A stretch of DNA of 64,000 nucleotides from an uncultured Chloroflexia bacterium (GTDB lineage Bacteria > Chloroflexota > Limnocylindria > Limnocylindrales > CSP1-4). Positions 48,148 through 58,591 of the stretch are shown here, in pieces (position 1 is the first letter of the stretch; the number at the start of each line of letters is the position of its first letter). The stretch covers positions 3,886 through 67,885 of the forward strand of contig CAVYXU010000004.1 in assembly GCA_963772565.1 (NCBI GenBank). Direction: 5' to 3'. A program made the position numbers and the translations under genes. The notes beneath the pieces were generated by a model. The model was not told where the DNA came from, ran no database searches, and was given only the letters and a program-made list of their open reading frames with translations.

Positions 48148-49534
48148 CGGCACCCGCGTCGATCCGCTCGACGACGGCGCCGAGCAGGTTGCGCTGGCAG
48201 GTGAGGCGCGGCTCATCCGGCGCGTCCGCTGGCGCCTCGTGGCGTGGAGTGGGGCGTCGACGCTCGTCGTCCTCGTCCTGCTCGGCGCCGTCCTCTACGC
48301 GGCCGTGGCCAACACCCTGGCAGGCGCGTCGGTCCAGCAGCTGTCCGACCGCGCCCGCCCGCTCGTCGACGCCCTCGAGGGTCCATCCGCCGGCGAGCAG
48401 GACCGGCCGACGCTCGGGTTCGTGTTCGGTGGCGGGAACACGCTGCTGTTTGCGTTCGACGACCAGGGCGCGCCGGTCCAGGTGGGGCGCGGCCCCGTGG
48501 TCGTGCCCGCGGGCCTGCCCGAGGACGGCGGCATGGCCGCCGCGCGGATCGCGACCGACGGCCGCGACGTGCGCACCGCGACCCTGGACCTCAGCACGGC
48601 CGTCGGGCAGTCGACGTCGGTGCCGATCCGGGTCCTGACCTGGAAGGTCGTCGCGCAGCAGGACGGCAACACCTACTTCCTCCAGGTGCTCCAGGACCGC
48701 ACGACCGAGGTCCAGACGCTCAACGCGCTGCTCGCGGTCCTGCTCGTCGGCGGCGTCCTGGTGGTCGTTGTCGCGTTTGGCTTCGGGACGGTGTACGCGC
48801 GGCGGGCGCTGGTCCCGATCCGCGACTCGCTGGTCGCCCAGCGCGATGCGCTGCGTCGCCAGCGCGAGTTCGCGGCCGACGCGAGCCACGAGCTGCGCAC
48901 TCCGCTGACGGTCATCCGGTCGTCGGTGGAGCACCTGTCGCGTCATCGCGACCGACCGATCGGCGAGTCGAGCGAGGCGCTGGATGACATCGATGCCGAG
49001 GTGAGCCATCTGGCGTCACTGGTCGAGGACCTGCTGCTCCTCGCCCGATCCGACTCGGGCGCCGTCTCGCTGGCGTCGGCGCCACTGGACCTCGGGGACA
49101 TCGCGTTCGATGCGGCGTCGACGCTCGGCCGCGCGGCCGACGCGCGCGGCGTCAGGGTGACGGTGGACCCGGAGCCGGCGATGGTCGACGGTGACCCGGA
49201 GCGCCTCCGCCAGCTGGTGATGATCCTGGTCGACAACGCGGTTCGTCACAGCCCGCGCGGAGGCGAGGTCGGCGTGACTGTCCGCGCCGCCGGCCCGATC
49301 GTGTCGGTCGAGGTCGCCGACCAGGGGCCGGGCGTCCGCCCCGAGGACATGCCCCACGTGTTCGATCGGTTCTGGCGCGCACCCGGTGCGCCATCCGGTG
49401 GGACCGGTCTCGGGCTCGCGATCGGGAAGTGGGTCGTGGATCGTCACGGCGGGCGGATCGGGGTCGCCAACGCCGAAGCTGGCGGGGCCGTGTTCCGTGT
49501 CGAGCTGCCGGCGTCGGGGGTCGTCGCGCCGTAG
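48140..49534 (+). CDS. sensor histidine kinase (MprB-like)
   Basis: H-box FAADASHELRTPLT and an HATPase region (GTGLGLAI). 8-nt overlap with the regulator gene. Confidence 0.95.
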   Translation: MPDGTRVDPLDDGAEQVALAGEARLIRRVRWRLVAWSGASTLVVLVLLGAVLYAAVANTLAGASVQQLSDRARPLVDALEGPSAGEQDRPTLGFVFGGGNTLLFAFDDQGAPVQVGRGPVVVPAGLPEDGGMAAARIATDGRDVRTATLDLSTAVGQSTSVPIRVLTWKVVAQQDGNTYFLQVLQDRTTEVQTLNALLAVLLVGGVLVVVVAFGFGTVYARRALVPIRDSLVAQRDALRRQREFAADASHELRTPLTVIRSSVEHLSRHRDRPIGESSEALDDIDAEVSHLASLVEDLLLLARSDSGAVSLASAPLDLGDIAFDAASTLGRAADARGVRVTVDPEPAMVDGDPERLRQLVMILVDNAVRHSPRGGEVGVTVRAAGPIVSVEVADQGPGVRPEDMPHVFDRFWRAPGAPSGGTGLGLAIGKWVVDRHGGRIGVANAEAGGAVFRVELPASGVVAP

Positions 49535-49663
49535 GGGATCCGGGCCCTGCGCCGGGGAGATCAGGCTCCGCGCCCCGGCGAGATCCGGCCCCGCGGCCGC
49601 GATGTCGATCCGGCCCGCGTGCTATCGTCAGGGCCATCCTGAGGGCCGGTCCTGTGAGGCCGG

Positions 49664-49695
49664 TGTACCGGTCCAGAGAGGCCGGCGAGGAGGCC
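49664..49695 (+). promoter_or_regulatory. PyrR-binding-loop-like RNA element followed by a GAGGAGG Shine-Dalgarno
   Basis: GGTCCAGAGAGGCC core at 49670-49683 matches the conserved UCCAGAGAGG PyrR site. Confidence 0.7.
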
Positions 49696-49703
49696 AGATA
49701 CTC

Positions 49704-49757
49704 GTGCGCATGCCCGCCTGCGGCGCTCGCTCGCCGCGGCCCGCCGGGATCCCGTGA
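49704..49757 (+). CDS. possible 17-codon upstream ORF whose stop overlaps the carA start (GTGA)
   Basis: The GTG lies 8 nt after GAGGAGG. The peptide would be VRMPACGARSPRPAGIP. Confidence 0.3.
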   Translation: MRMPACGARSPRPAGIP

Positions 49758-50917
49758 TCGCCCCACTGTCCGCCGGCCATCCGCCGTTGCCGCGTGCCGA
49801 CGCGCTCGTCGACCCGCGGGTCGGTGATTCCGGGCCAGCGCTCCTCGTGCTCGAGGACGGCGCGATGTTCCCCGGGATCGCGTTCGGGGCGCCCGTTGCC
49901 TCGGGCGGCGACCTGGTCGTCAACACGTCCCAGACCGGGTACCAGGAGATCGCCACCGATCCGTCGTACGCGGGCCAGGTCGTCGTGATGACGTACCCGC
50001 TGATCGGCAACTACGGCCGCCTCCTCGACGAGGACCAGTCCGAGCGTCCCTGGCTGCGAGGGCTGGTGGTCGCGCACGCGACGGCCGCCGTCCTCGACGA
50101 TGCGCGCCAGCTGGCCACGATGCTGCGCCGCGCGTCGATCCCCGCGATCGCCGGCGTGGACACGCGCGCGCTCGCGCGACACCTGCGCGACAACGGCTGC
50201 CTGCGCGGGATCATCACCGAGCCGGGAGTCATGGACGCCGCCATGGCGGTGGAGCGTGCCCGTGCCGTGCCGCGCTGGGAGGACCAGGACTTCGTCGCCC
50301 AGGTCTCGCCGGCGGCCGTGCGCGAGGTTGGCGACGACCCGTCGATGCCGCTGGTCGCGATCGTCGACTTCGGTCTCAAGACCAACATCGTGGCCTCGCT
50401 GCGACGGCGGGGCGTCAGGGTTCGCGTCCTGCCCCACACCGCCGATCCGGCGGCCGTCCTCGCACCCGACATCGCAGGCGTCGTCCTGTCGCCCGGGCCG
50501 GGAGATCCCGCGCGCCTCGCCGGTCCGGTCGCGCTCGCCCAGGCGATCATCGATGATGGGCGTCCGCTGCTGGGCATCTGCCTCGGACACCAGATCGTGG
50601 GGCGGGCGGCCGGCGCCGAGACCCGGCGGCTCCGGTTCGGGCATCACGGCGCGAACCACCCGGTCCAGGACCTGGACACCGGGTATGTGCAGGTGACCGC
50701 CCAGAACCACGAGGTCCAGGTGGTCGGCGACACGCTGCCGGCCAGCTCCGGCTTTCGCGTCAGCCAGATCAACCTCAACGACCGCTCGGTCGAGGGTCTG
50801 CGGCACGCCGACAAGCCCATCGAGACGGTGCAGTACCACCCCGAAGGCGCACCCGGACCGCTCGACGCCCTGGCGGTGTTCGACCAATTCGTCGACGCGT
50901 GCCGGCGCGGCGCGTGA
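49754..50917 (+). CDS. carA: carbamoyl-phosphate synthase small (glutaminase) subunit
   Basis: LVLEDG, GICLGHQ and YHPE motifs. The start is uncertain because the N-terminal extension before LVLEDG is unusually long. Confidence 0.9.
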   Translation: MIAPLSAGHPPLPRADALVDPRVGDSGPALLVLEDGAMFPGIAFGAPVASGGDLVVNTSQTGYQEIATDPSYAGQVVVMTYPLIGNYGRLLDEDQSERPWLRGLVVAHATAAVLDDARQLATMLRRASIPAIAGVDTRALARHLRDNGCLRGIITEPGVMDAAMAVERARAVPRWEDQDFVAQVSPAAVREVGDDPSMPLVAIVDFGLKTNIVASLRRRGVRVRVLPHTADPAAVLAPDIAGVVLSPGPGDPARLAGPVALAQAIIDDGRPLLGICLGHQIVGRAAGAETRRLRFGHHGANHPVQDLDTGYVQVTAQNHEVQVVGDTLPASSGFRVSQINLNDRSVEGLRHADKPIETVQYHPEGAPGPLDALAVFDQFVDACRRGA

Positions 50918-50954
50918 TGCCGGCATCGCCCGCGGACGCCCGGCCGGAGCGCGC

Positions 50955-53900
50955 ATGACGGCGCCCCTCCCGCAGCCGCCGGTCCACGCCCACCGGCCCA
51001 AGCCGACGTCGGTGCTGATCCTTGGCTCGGGGCCGGTCGTCATCGGCCAGGCCGCGGAGTTCGACTACGCAGGGACCCAGGCGTGCCGCGCGCTGCGCGC
51101 CGAGGGGGTCAGGACCGTGCTCGTCAACTCCAACCCGGCGACGATCATGACCGATCCCACGGTCGCGGACGTCGTGTACCTCGAGCCGCTGACGGTCGAC
51201 GCGATCGAGGCGGTCATCGCCCGTGAGCGACCCGAGGGCCTGCTCGCGGGCCTCGGCGGGCAGACGGCGCTCAACCTGGCCATGGCGCTGTCCGAGGCGG
51301 GCGTGCTCGAACGCCACGGCGTCCGGCTGCTGGGGACGCCGCTCGAGGCGATCCGGATGGCCGAGGATCGCGAGGCGTTCCGCGACCTGCTCGACCGCAT
51401 CGGCCAGCCGTACGCGCCGTCGGCCATCGTGGAGGGCGCCGACGAGGCAGCCCGCCTCGCCTCGGCGGACGCGGCCCTGGCCGAGATCGGGCTGCCCGCG
51501 ATCATCCGGCCGGCGTTCACGCTGGGCGGCACGGGCGGCGGGATCGTCGGGACCGAGGTGGCCTACCGCGAGCGCGTTCGATCGGGGCTGCGGGCCAGCC
51601 CCATCCACCAGGTGATGGTCGAACAATGCCTGGTCGGGTGGCAGGAGGTCGAATACGAGGTGATGCGCGATGCCGACGACACGTGCATCGCCGTGTGCTC
51701 GATGGAGAACGTCGATCCGCTGGGCGTCCATACCGGCGACTCGATCGTGGTGGCGCCCGTCCAGACGCTGACCGACTCGGTCCACCAGCGGCTGCGCAGC
51801 GCGGCGCTCGCGATCATCCGGGCGCTGGGCGTCGAGGGCGGCTGCAACGTCCAGTTCGCGCTGTCGCCGGACTCCACGGAGTACGCGGTGATCGAGGTGA
51901 ACCCGCGAGTCTCGCGATCGAGCGCGCTCGCGTCGAAGGCGACGGGCTACCCGATCGCGCGGGTTGCGGCCCAGATCGCCGCTGGGCGGACACTGGCCGA
52001 GATTCCCAACGTGGTCACCGGGACGACCGTCGCGGCGTTCGAGCCGGCGCTCGACTACGTCGTGGTCAAGCTGCCACGCTTCCCGTTCGACAAGTTTCCG
52101 GCGGCCGACCGGCGGCTCGGGTCGCAGATGAAGGCGACCGGCGAGGTCATGGCGATCGACCGGACGTTCGGGGCCGCGCTCAACAAGGCGCTCCGCGGGC
52201 TCGAGCAGGCGGGTGCCGGGCCGCTCGGCGAGGACGCGTCGTGGCAGCCGACCTTCGACTACCTGTCGGCGGTCTATGCCGGCGTTCCGGCTGCCGATCC
52301 GGCCGACACCCTCGACGTCGTGGAGGACGGCGTGATCCGCTGGATCGACGAACGCGGCCAATCCTGCGAGAGCACCCGGTTCGCGCAGCGGTCGGCGGCG
52401 CCGATCGTCATCCGGCAGTTCCTCGAGCCGTCCGACTCACGGCTGTGGCGGGTGCTCGGGCTGCTGCGCCGGGGCGTGCCGCAGGAGGTGGTCCGCGCTG
52501 CCACCGGGATCTCGCCCTGGTTCCTCGCAGAGATGGGGCGCAACATCATCCTCGAGCACGACGTGCGGGCGATGGGCCCGCGGCTCGCCGATGCGACCGA
52601 CGCGCAGGCGGCCACGCTGCTGGCGACCGCCAAGCGCGCGGCGTTCGCGGACCGGGACCTGGCGGGTCTCGCCGGGGTGGACGAGGCGGAGCTGCGGGCT
52701 GCGCGGCGCGCGCTGGGGCTGGCGCCCGGCTACGCGATGGTGGACACCTGCGCCGCCGAATTCGCCGCCGAGACCCCGTACTTCTACTCGACCTACGCGT
52801 CCGCCGGATCCCCGCCCGAGGCGCCGCCCGTGCCGCGGCCGGGCGCCCTGGTCATCGGCAGCGGGCCGGTCCGGATCGGGCAGGGGATCGAGTTCGACTA
52901 CTGCGCCGTCCAGGCGGCCGACGTGCTCCGCCGCGAAGGCTGGAGCGCGGTGATGGTCAACTCCAACCCCGAGACCGTGTCCACCGACTTCGATGCGTCG
53001 ACCCGGCTGTACTTCGAGCCGCTCGATGTGGAGAGCGTCGAGGGCATCCTCGAGTTCGAGGGTGGGCTGCTGCCCGCCGTGGTCGCGTTCGGGGGACAGA
53101 CGCCGCTCAACCTCGCAGGCCCCCTGGTGGCCCTCGGCGTGCCGTTGCTCGGCTCGAACATGGAGGCGATCAACCAGGCCGAGGAGCGGACGCGCTTCTC
53201 CGCTCTGCTGGACCGCCTGGGCATCCCGCAGCCGGAGGGTGGGATGGCCGAATCCGTGGAGGAGTCGCTGACGCTCGCCGAGCGGATCGGCTACCCGGTC
53301 ATCGTGCGGCCGAGCTTCGTCATCGGCGGCCTCGCGATCGACTTCGCGTACTCGGCGGAAGACCTCGTCCGCCACCTTGCGGCCGCGGCGGTGGTCGACC
53401 CGGATCGCCCGGTCAGGATCGATCGCTTCCTGGAGGGGATCGAGGTGGACATCGACGCGGTCAGCGACGGCGAGCGGGTCCTCATTCCGGGTCTCCTGGA
53501 GCACGTAGAGCGCGCCGGCGTCCACTCCGGCGACTCGATCGCGGTGTTTCCGCCGCAGCACGTCTCCGAGGGCGACCAGGCCCTCATCGTCGGCACGATG
53601 GAACGCATCTGCCTCGCCCTTGGCGCCCGCGGCCTGGTCAATGCCCAGTTCATCGTGCGCGAGGATGGCGTGTACCTGATCGAGGTCAACCCTCGCGCCA
53701 GCCGCACGGTGCCGTTCCTGTCCAAGGTCACCGGCGTGCCGATGGTCGAGCTGGCGGTCCGGATCTCGCTGGGCGCCACGCTCGGCGAGCTCGGCTGGCC
53801 GGACGGGCTGCTCCCGGAGCCCGCGTTCGTGGCGGTCAAGGCGCCGGCGTTCTCGACCGCGAAGCTCAAGGGCGTGGACCCGTCCGTCGGCCCGTTCATG

Positions 53901-54453
53901 CAGTCGACCGGCGAGGTGATCGGGATCGCCGAGGATCCGCGCGTCGCGATGGCCAAGGCGCTCACGGGGGCATCGCTCATCCCGCCGCGCGCGGGCGATG
54001 GCGAGCCGCCGGTGGCCCTGCTGTCGATCGCCGACCGCGACAAGTGGGGGCCTGCTCGACCTCGCGACCGCGCTGGTCCGCGCGGGCTACCGGCTGGCGG
54101 CGACCGCCGGCACGCGCGCCGCCCTTGAGGCCGCGGGCCTCGCCGCAGAGCCGGTGGCAAAGCTCGGCGCGGCGCCTGTGGACGACGAAGCGGGGATCCT
54201 GGACCTGATCGCCGGTGGCCGCGTGCGCCTGGTCGTCAACACCCCCACACCTCGGTCCGGCGCCGTCCGCGACGCGGCCGAGATCCGGCACGCAACGATT
54301 GCCGAGGGCATCCTGTGCCTGACGGCGATCGAGACGGGGGTCGCGGCGGCCGAGGCGCTGGACCCGGCGCTCGCTCCCGGGATCTCGGCGGTGCGGCCGA
54401 TCACGGACTGGGTGCCTCCGCACTCGGGGCGGGGCTGGGCAGGCCGGGACTGA
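50955..54453 (+). CDS. carB: carbamoyl-phosphate synthase large subunit, interrupted by a +1 frameshift in a G5 run at 54046-54050
   Basis: The 50955..54128 ORF carries both ATP-grasp halves. The MGS-like C-terminal domain (LLDLATALVRAGYRLAATAGT...) continues in the 53998..54453 frame. Confidence 0.9.
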
Positions 54454-54481
54454 CGGCTGAGCCGGCCGGGACTGACGGCTG
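54442..54481 (+). repeat. 22-bp tandem duplication (ggccgggactgacggctg repeated) spanning the carB stop
   Basis: 18-nt identical cores at 54442-54459 and 54464-54481. Confidence 0.8.
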
Positions 54482-54487
54482 CGGCGG

Positions 54488-56068
54488 CTACAGCGGGCGG
54501 GTGAGCGCCGGGACGACGCCCGAGGGCGCCTGCACCTGGACGATCGCCTGGCCGAGCGACCAGAGCGTCAGCGTGGTCAACGCGATCATGACCAGCGCCA
54601 GCGGGACCTCCCGCACCCGCATGTTCCTGTCCCGGAGCGACCGGACCCCCGGCAGCTTTCGATGGCGCATGTCGCGTGGCTCGCGCGCGTTGGCCTGGGC
54701 CTCGACGTCACGGGCCGCGGTCACGTGCCCCGACCACGCCCCCAGCATGTGCCCGCCGACCACGGCGGCCAGCTGCACGGTCCACACGAGGCCGGCCGGC
54801 AGCAGGCCCGTGTTCACCTGGTAGAACGCGGTCCCGAACAGGTCATCCCCGCGCTGGAGGGGATCGGAGACGGCGATGATGATCCGCTGCCCGTCGATCA
54901 CGAGATAGGTCAGGTAGTGGGCGACGAGGTACCCCACCGATATCGGCAGCAGCCCGGCCCCGATCGCTCCCGGGCTCACGGTCCGCGAGACGGTCAACGC
55001 CGCAATGACGATGAGGCCCAGGAACGCGATCAGGATGAGCGTCTTGGGCAGGATGGCCGGGGCGCCGAATATCGACGCGAACGCGACGGTCTGAGACAGG
55101 CCGTCGAACAGGATCGACCCGGCCCCGATGGCGACCAGCGCGATCCGCGGTGCCGTCCACGACGACTCGAGCAGCGCACTCGCGAACGGACGCCGCACGA
55201 CGACGCGCGTGTCGACAGCATCGGGATCGATGTCCCCATCGCCGTCCTCGCCGCTGTTCTCGCCGCTGTTCTCGCCGCCGGCCGCGGTTTCCTCGAGGTG
55301 GACGATCCCCGCCGGTGCGAGCCGGTTCAGCGTCCGGAACCAGACCGTGAACGCCTCGCCCTGGGCGCGCCATTGGTCGCGCCCGAACTGGGCCATCAGC
55401 GCGAGGGTCACCAGCGTGTACCCGGCAAGCACGACGGAGAGCGTGGCGTTGCCGGCGATGGCCACCAGCTCGAGCCACACGAAGAAGGTGAGCCCGGCGA
55501 CGGCCGGCCAGACGCCGACCCAGCCCGGCAGCTCGCTGGGCACCCAGCCGCGCAGGCCGACGCGCCGGAGGATCCAGGCAAGGATGTCGTGGATCGTCGC
55601 GAACGGATCCAGCCACTCCCACACCGGTCCGACGAATGCCGACAGGGCGGCGACGCCGACCCAGCCGTAGACCCACAGGAACAGGGTGGCAACTGCGGCG
55701 TCCGACGACCCGCCGGCGATCCCCTGGGCCATGATCCAGATCCAGCCGGCCAGGCCGATCACCCGGAGCCCGACCCTCACAGCGCCCGGGACGGCCGCGA
55801 TCCGGGTCTCGGGCGGCGGCCCTGCGCGCATGTCGCGTGCGAGGACGAACACGAACGAGAGGGCCACCGTGGCCGCGGCACCTACCAGGTAGACGGCAAG
55901 CGGCAGCGGGCTCTCGTAGACGGGCGACAGACCATGGGCCGCGACCACGGCCGGCGCGCCCGCGACGAGCAGGAAACCGGCCAGGGCGCCGAGCGAGCGC
56001 GTGGAGACGAGCGGGTTGGGGACCCTCACGCCGTCAGCCTCGTCGGCTGCGTCGGAGGACGTAGACAC
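54488..56068 (-). CDS. large polytopic membrane protein of unknown function, downstream of copC
   Basis: More than 10 TM helices. An alternative GTG start at 56029 lies 4 nt after the copC stop. Confidence 0.75.
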   Translation of the reverse strand: MSTSSDAADEADGVRVPNPLVSTRSLGALAGFLLVAGAPAVVAAHGLSPVYESPLPLAVYLVGAAATVALSFVFVLARDMRAGPPPETRIAAVPGAVRVGLRVIGLAGWIWIMAQGIAGGSSDAAVATLFLWVYGWVGVAALSAFVGPVWEWLDPFATIHDILAWILRRVGLRGWVPSELPGWVGVWPAVAGLTFFVWLELVAIAGNATLSVVLAGYTLVTLALMAQFGRDQWRAQGEAFTVWFRTLNRLAPAGIVHLEETAAGGENSGENSGEDGDGDIDPDAVDTRVVVRRPFASALLESSWTAPRIALVAIGAGSILFDGLSQTVAFASIFGAPAILPKTLILIAFLGLIVIAALTVSRTVSPGAIGAGLLPISVGYLVAHYLTYLVIDGQRIIIAVSDPLQRGDDLFGTAFYQVNTGLLPAGLVWTVQLAAVVGGHMLGAWSGHVTAARDVEAQANAREPRDMRHRKLPGVRSLRDRNMRVREVPLALVMIALTTLTLWSLGQAIVQVQAPSGVVPALTRPL

Positions 56069-56648
56069 CCACGCCCGCGACGAGGACGAGAGCGATCACG
56101 ATCGGGAGCACGACGTCGCCCGGGCTGGCGGCCGGCTCGGCCGGTACCGGCGCGGGCGACGACGTCGGGAGGGCCGACGCGGCAGCCGACGGCTCGGCCG
56201 ACGCGGCAGCCGACGGCGCAGCGCTGGGCGCCACAGGCGTTGGCGCCGGCGCGGACACCGTGAACGTCAGCGTGCCGCGGAGGATGTCCCCGTCGAGCGC
56301 CGCGGATGTCCACTGGATCTCATAGCTGCCGGGGTCGAGCGCGAGGCCCTCGAGCGTCATCACGAGCGGGTCGGCAGACACGGCGCCGTCGCCGACCGTG
56401 CCGGCCGGCCCGACGAGCTTGAACGAGCTCTTGCCGGGATCGAGATCCTCGGAGAAGGTGAGCGTGATCGTCGTCGGTGGCGTGGCCAGGACGGCCTTGT
56501 CGGCGGGATCCGACGACACGAGCTCGGAATGGGCAAGGGCCGAGCCGGCGACGGCCAGCAGGATGAGCAGCGCGAGGGCACTCGCGGCGAGCGTTCGTCG
56601 GCCGGTGCGGGTCGGCATGCGCCGTGGTCGCTGGGGAAACGTGTTCAC
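56034..56648 (-). CDS. copC: CopC-domain copper-binding protein with C-terminal TM anchor
   Basis: Signal peptide, then a mature N-terminus HSELVSSDPA, a CopC beta-sandwich region, an A/P/S linker and a TM helix. Confidence 0.85.
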   Translation of the reverse strand: MNTFPQRPRRMPTRTGRRTLAASALALLILLAVAGSALAHSELVSSDPADKAVLATPPTTITLTFSEDLDPGKSSFKLVGPAGTVGDGAVSADPLVMTLEGLALDPGSYEIQWTSAALDGDILRGTLTFTVSAPAPTPVAPSAAPSAAASAEPSAAASALPTSSPAPVPAEPAASPGDVVLPIVIALVLVAGVGVYVLRRSRRG

Positions 56649-56766
56649 GGGTCGGCAGTCTACCCGCGGGTGCTCAAACGCGCCGCGAACCGGAATCGGC
56701 GATCATCCGAACACCACCATGAACGGGGTGGACGAGCCGCACCCACCCCGGAAACCCGGAGGACAG

Positions 56767-57192
56767 ATGTCAGGTCTCTTGCACGGTGCTCCCGGCGCAC
56801 CGGCATCCGCGGGTGGCGGGTACGTTCCCGGCGTCTGCAACATCGGGCCGTGGGAGATCCGCCGGCGCCGCGCGTTTGCGATCGTCGGCCTGGCCGTCGC
56901 GGTGTTGCTGCTCGTTGCGCTGGTCGCCGCTCACGCACCCGCCGCCGCTCGACTGCTCCTCGTGCTTCCCCTGTGGGGCGGCATGTTCTCGTGGCTCCAG
57001 GCCCGCCGCAGGTTCTGCGGCGCATTCGCGCTCGCCGGCATCGCCAACTTCGGTGATGGGACGGGGTCTCGAAGCGCCGTCATGGACCCGGCCGACCATC
57101 GCGCCGACATGCAGGCGTTGTGGTGGATGACGCGCGATTCGTTCCTGCTCGCACTCGTGCTCACCATCATCGCGGTGCTGCTGCCCGTGTAG
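56767..57192 (+). CDS. hypothetical membrane protein
   Basis: 141 aa with three hydrophobic segments. Confidence 0.55.
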   Translation: MSGLLHGAPGAPASAGGGYVPGVCNIGPWEIRRRRAFAIVGLAVAVLLLVALVAAHAPAAARLLLVLPLWGGMFSWLQARRRFCGAFALAGIANFGDGTGSRSAVMDPADHRADMQALWWMTRDSFLLALVLTIIAVLLPV

Positions 57193-57286
57193 CCGGATCG
57201 TCGCGCCGGCCGCCGGCGCCACCGATCGCGCCCGCCCCCCTACAATCGAGCCAACCCACCCACCCCTGTCCGAGGACTCGTTCCGC

Positions 57287-58591
57287 ATGCCCGTTCCTGT
57301 TGTCGAGTTCAGCGATGAGCGCCTGGCCAACGGGCTGCGCCTCGTGGTCGCCGAGGACCATCTCGCCCCCGTCGTCGCGGTCAACCTCTGGTACAACGTC
57401 GGCTCCAAGCACGAGGTGAAGGGCAAGACGGGATTTGCCCACCTGTTCGAGCATGTGATGTTCCAGGGATCCGCCAACGTGGCCAAGGCGGAGCACATGG
57501 CGCTGGTCCAGGCGGCCGGCGGCACCCTCAACGGCAGCACCTGGCTCGACCGCACGAACTATTTCGAGACGATGCCGTCGCACGAGCTCGAGCTCGCCCT
57601 GTGGCTCGAGGCCGACCGGATGGGGACGCTGCCGGTCGCGCTGAGCCAGGAGAACCTCGACAACCAGCGCGAGGTCGTCAAGAACGAGAAGCGCTGGAGC
57701 TACGACAACCGCCCGTACGGGAGCTGGAACGAGAAGCTGCAGGGCCACCTGTTTCCGCCGGAGCACCCGTACCACCACTCGACGATCGGGTCGATGGACG
57801 ACCTCGACGCGGCGTCGCTCGAGGACGTGACCGCGTTCTTCCGTACCTACTACGCGCCCAACAATGCCGTGCTGTCGGTCGTCGGCGATTGCGAGCGCGG
57901 CCGGGTCCGTGCATGGGCGGAGCGCTACTTCGGCCCGATCCCGCCCAACCCGTCGATTCCGCCGCTGCCCGACATGTCGCTTCCGGCGGTGATCGGCAGC
58001 GAGCATCGCGAGATCGTGGAGGACAACGTCCCGCTGGCGCGCGTATACATCGGCTTCCGCGCCCCGGTCTTCGGAGACCGCCGCCTGGACGCGCTCGACC
58101 TCGCCTCGCAGCTGCTGGCCGGGGGCAAGGGCAGCCGGCTCCATCGGCGGCTCGTCCGCGAGGACCGGATCGCCCAGGACGTGGCCGCGTTCACGCTGCC
58201 GTTCATCGGCGGCGGCTCGGTCTCGGTCGGCTGGGCCACCGCTCGTCCCGGGGTGGACGTGGCGACGGTCGAGGCGGCCTATCTCGAGGAGCTCGAGCGA
58301 CTGGCGACGGAAGCCCCCAGCGACGACGAGCTCGCGCGCGCCAAGGCGCTCACCGAGGCCGACGAGCTGGGCGCGCTCGCGCGGGTCGAAGAGCGTGCGG
58401 ACCGGCTGTCGATGTACGCGACCCTGTTCGACGACCCGGGCGTCATCAACACCCTCCTGCCGCGATACCTGAGCGTGACCCCCGAGCAGATCCGCGACGC
58501 CGCGCGCGACGTGTTCCGGTCTGACAACCGGGTCGTGCTCACCTACGTCCCCTCGGCGACGGGCGAGCAGACTGGCGAGGCGGCGGCATGA
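57287..58591 (+). CDS. M16 family zinc peptidase (active subunit)
   Basis: HLFEH inverted zinc motif (HxxEH). Confidence 0.9.
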   Translation: MPVPVVEFSDERLANGLRLVVAEDHLAPVVAVNLWYNVGSKHEVKGKTGFAHLFEHVMFQGSANVAKAEHMALVQAAGGTLNGSTWLDRTNYFETMPSHELELALWLEADRMGTLPVALSQENLDNQREVVKNEKRWSYDNRPYGSWNEKLQGHLFPPEHPYHHSTIGSMDDLDAASLEDVTAFFRTYYAPNNAVLSVVGDCERGRVRAWAERYFGPIPPNPSIPPLPDMSLPAVIGSEHREIVEDNVPLARVYIGFRAPVFGDRRLDALDLASQLLAGGKGSRLHRRLVREDRIAQDVAAFTLPFIGGGSVSVGWATARPGVDVATVEAAYLEELERLATEAPSDDELARAKALTEADELGALARVEERADRLSMYATLFDDPGVINTLLPRYLSVTPEQIRDAARDVFRSDNRVVLTYVPSATGEQTGEAAA

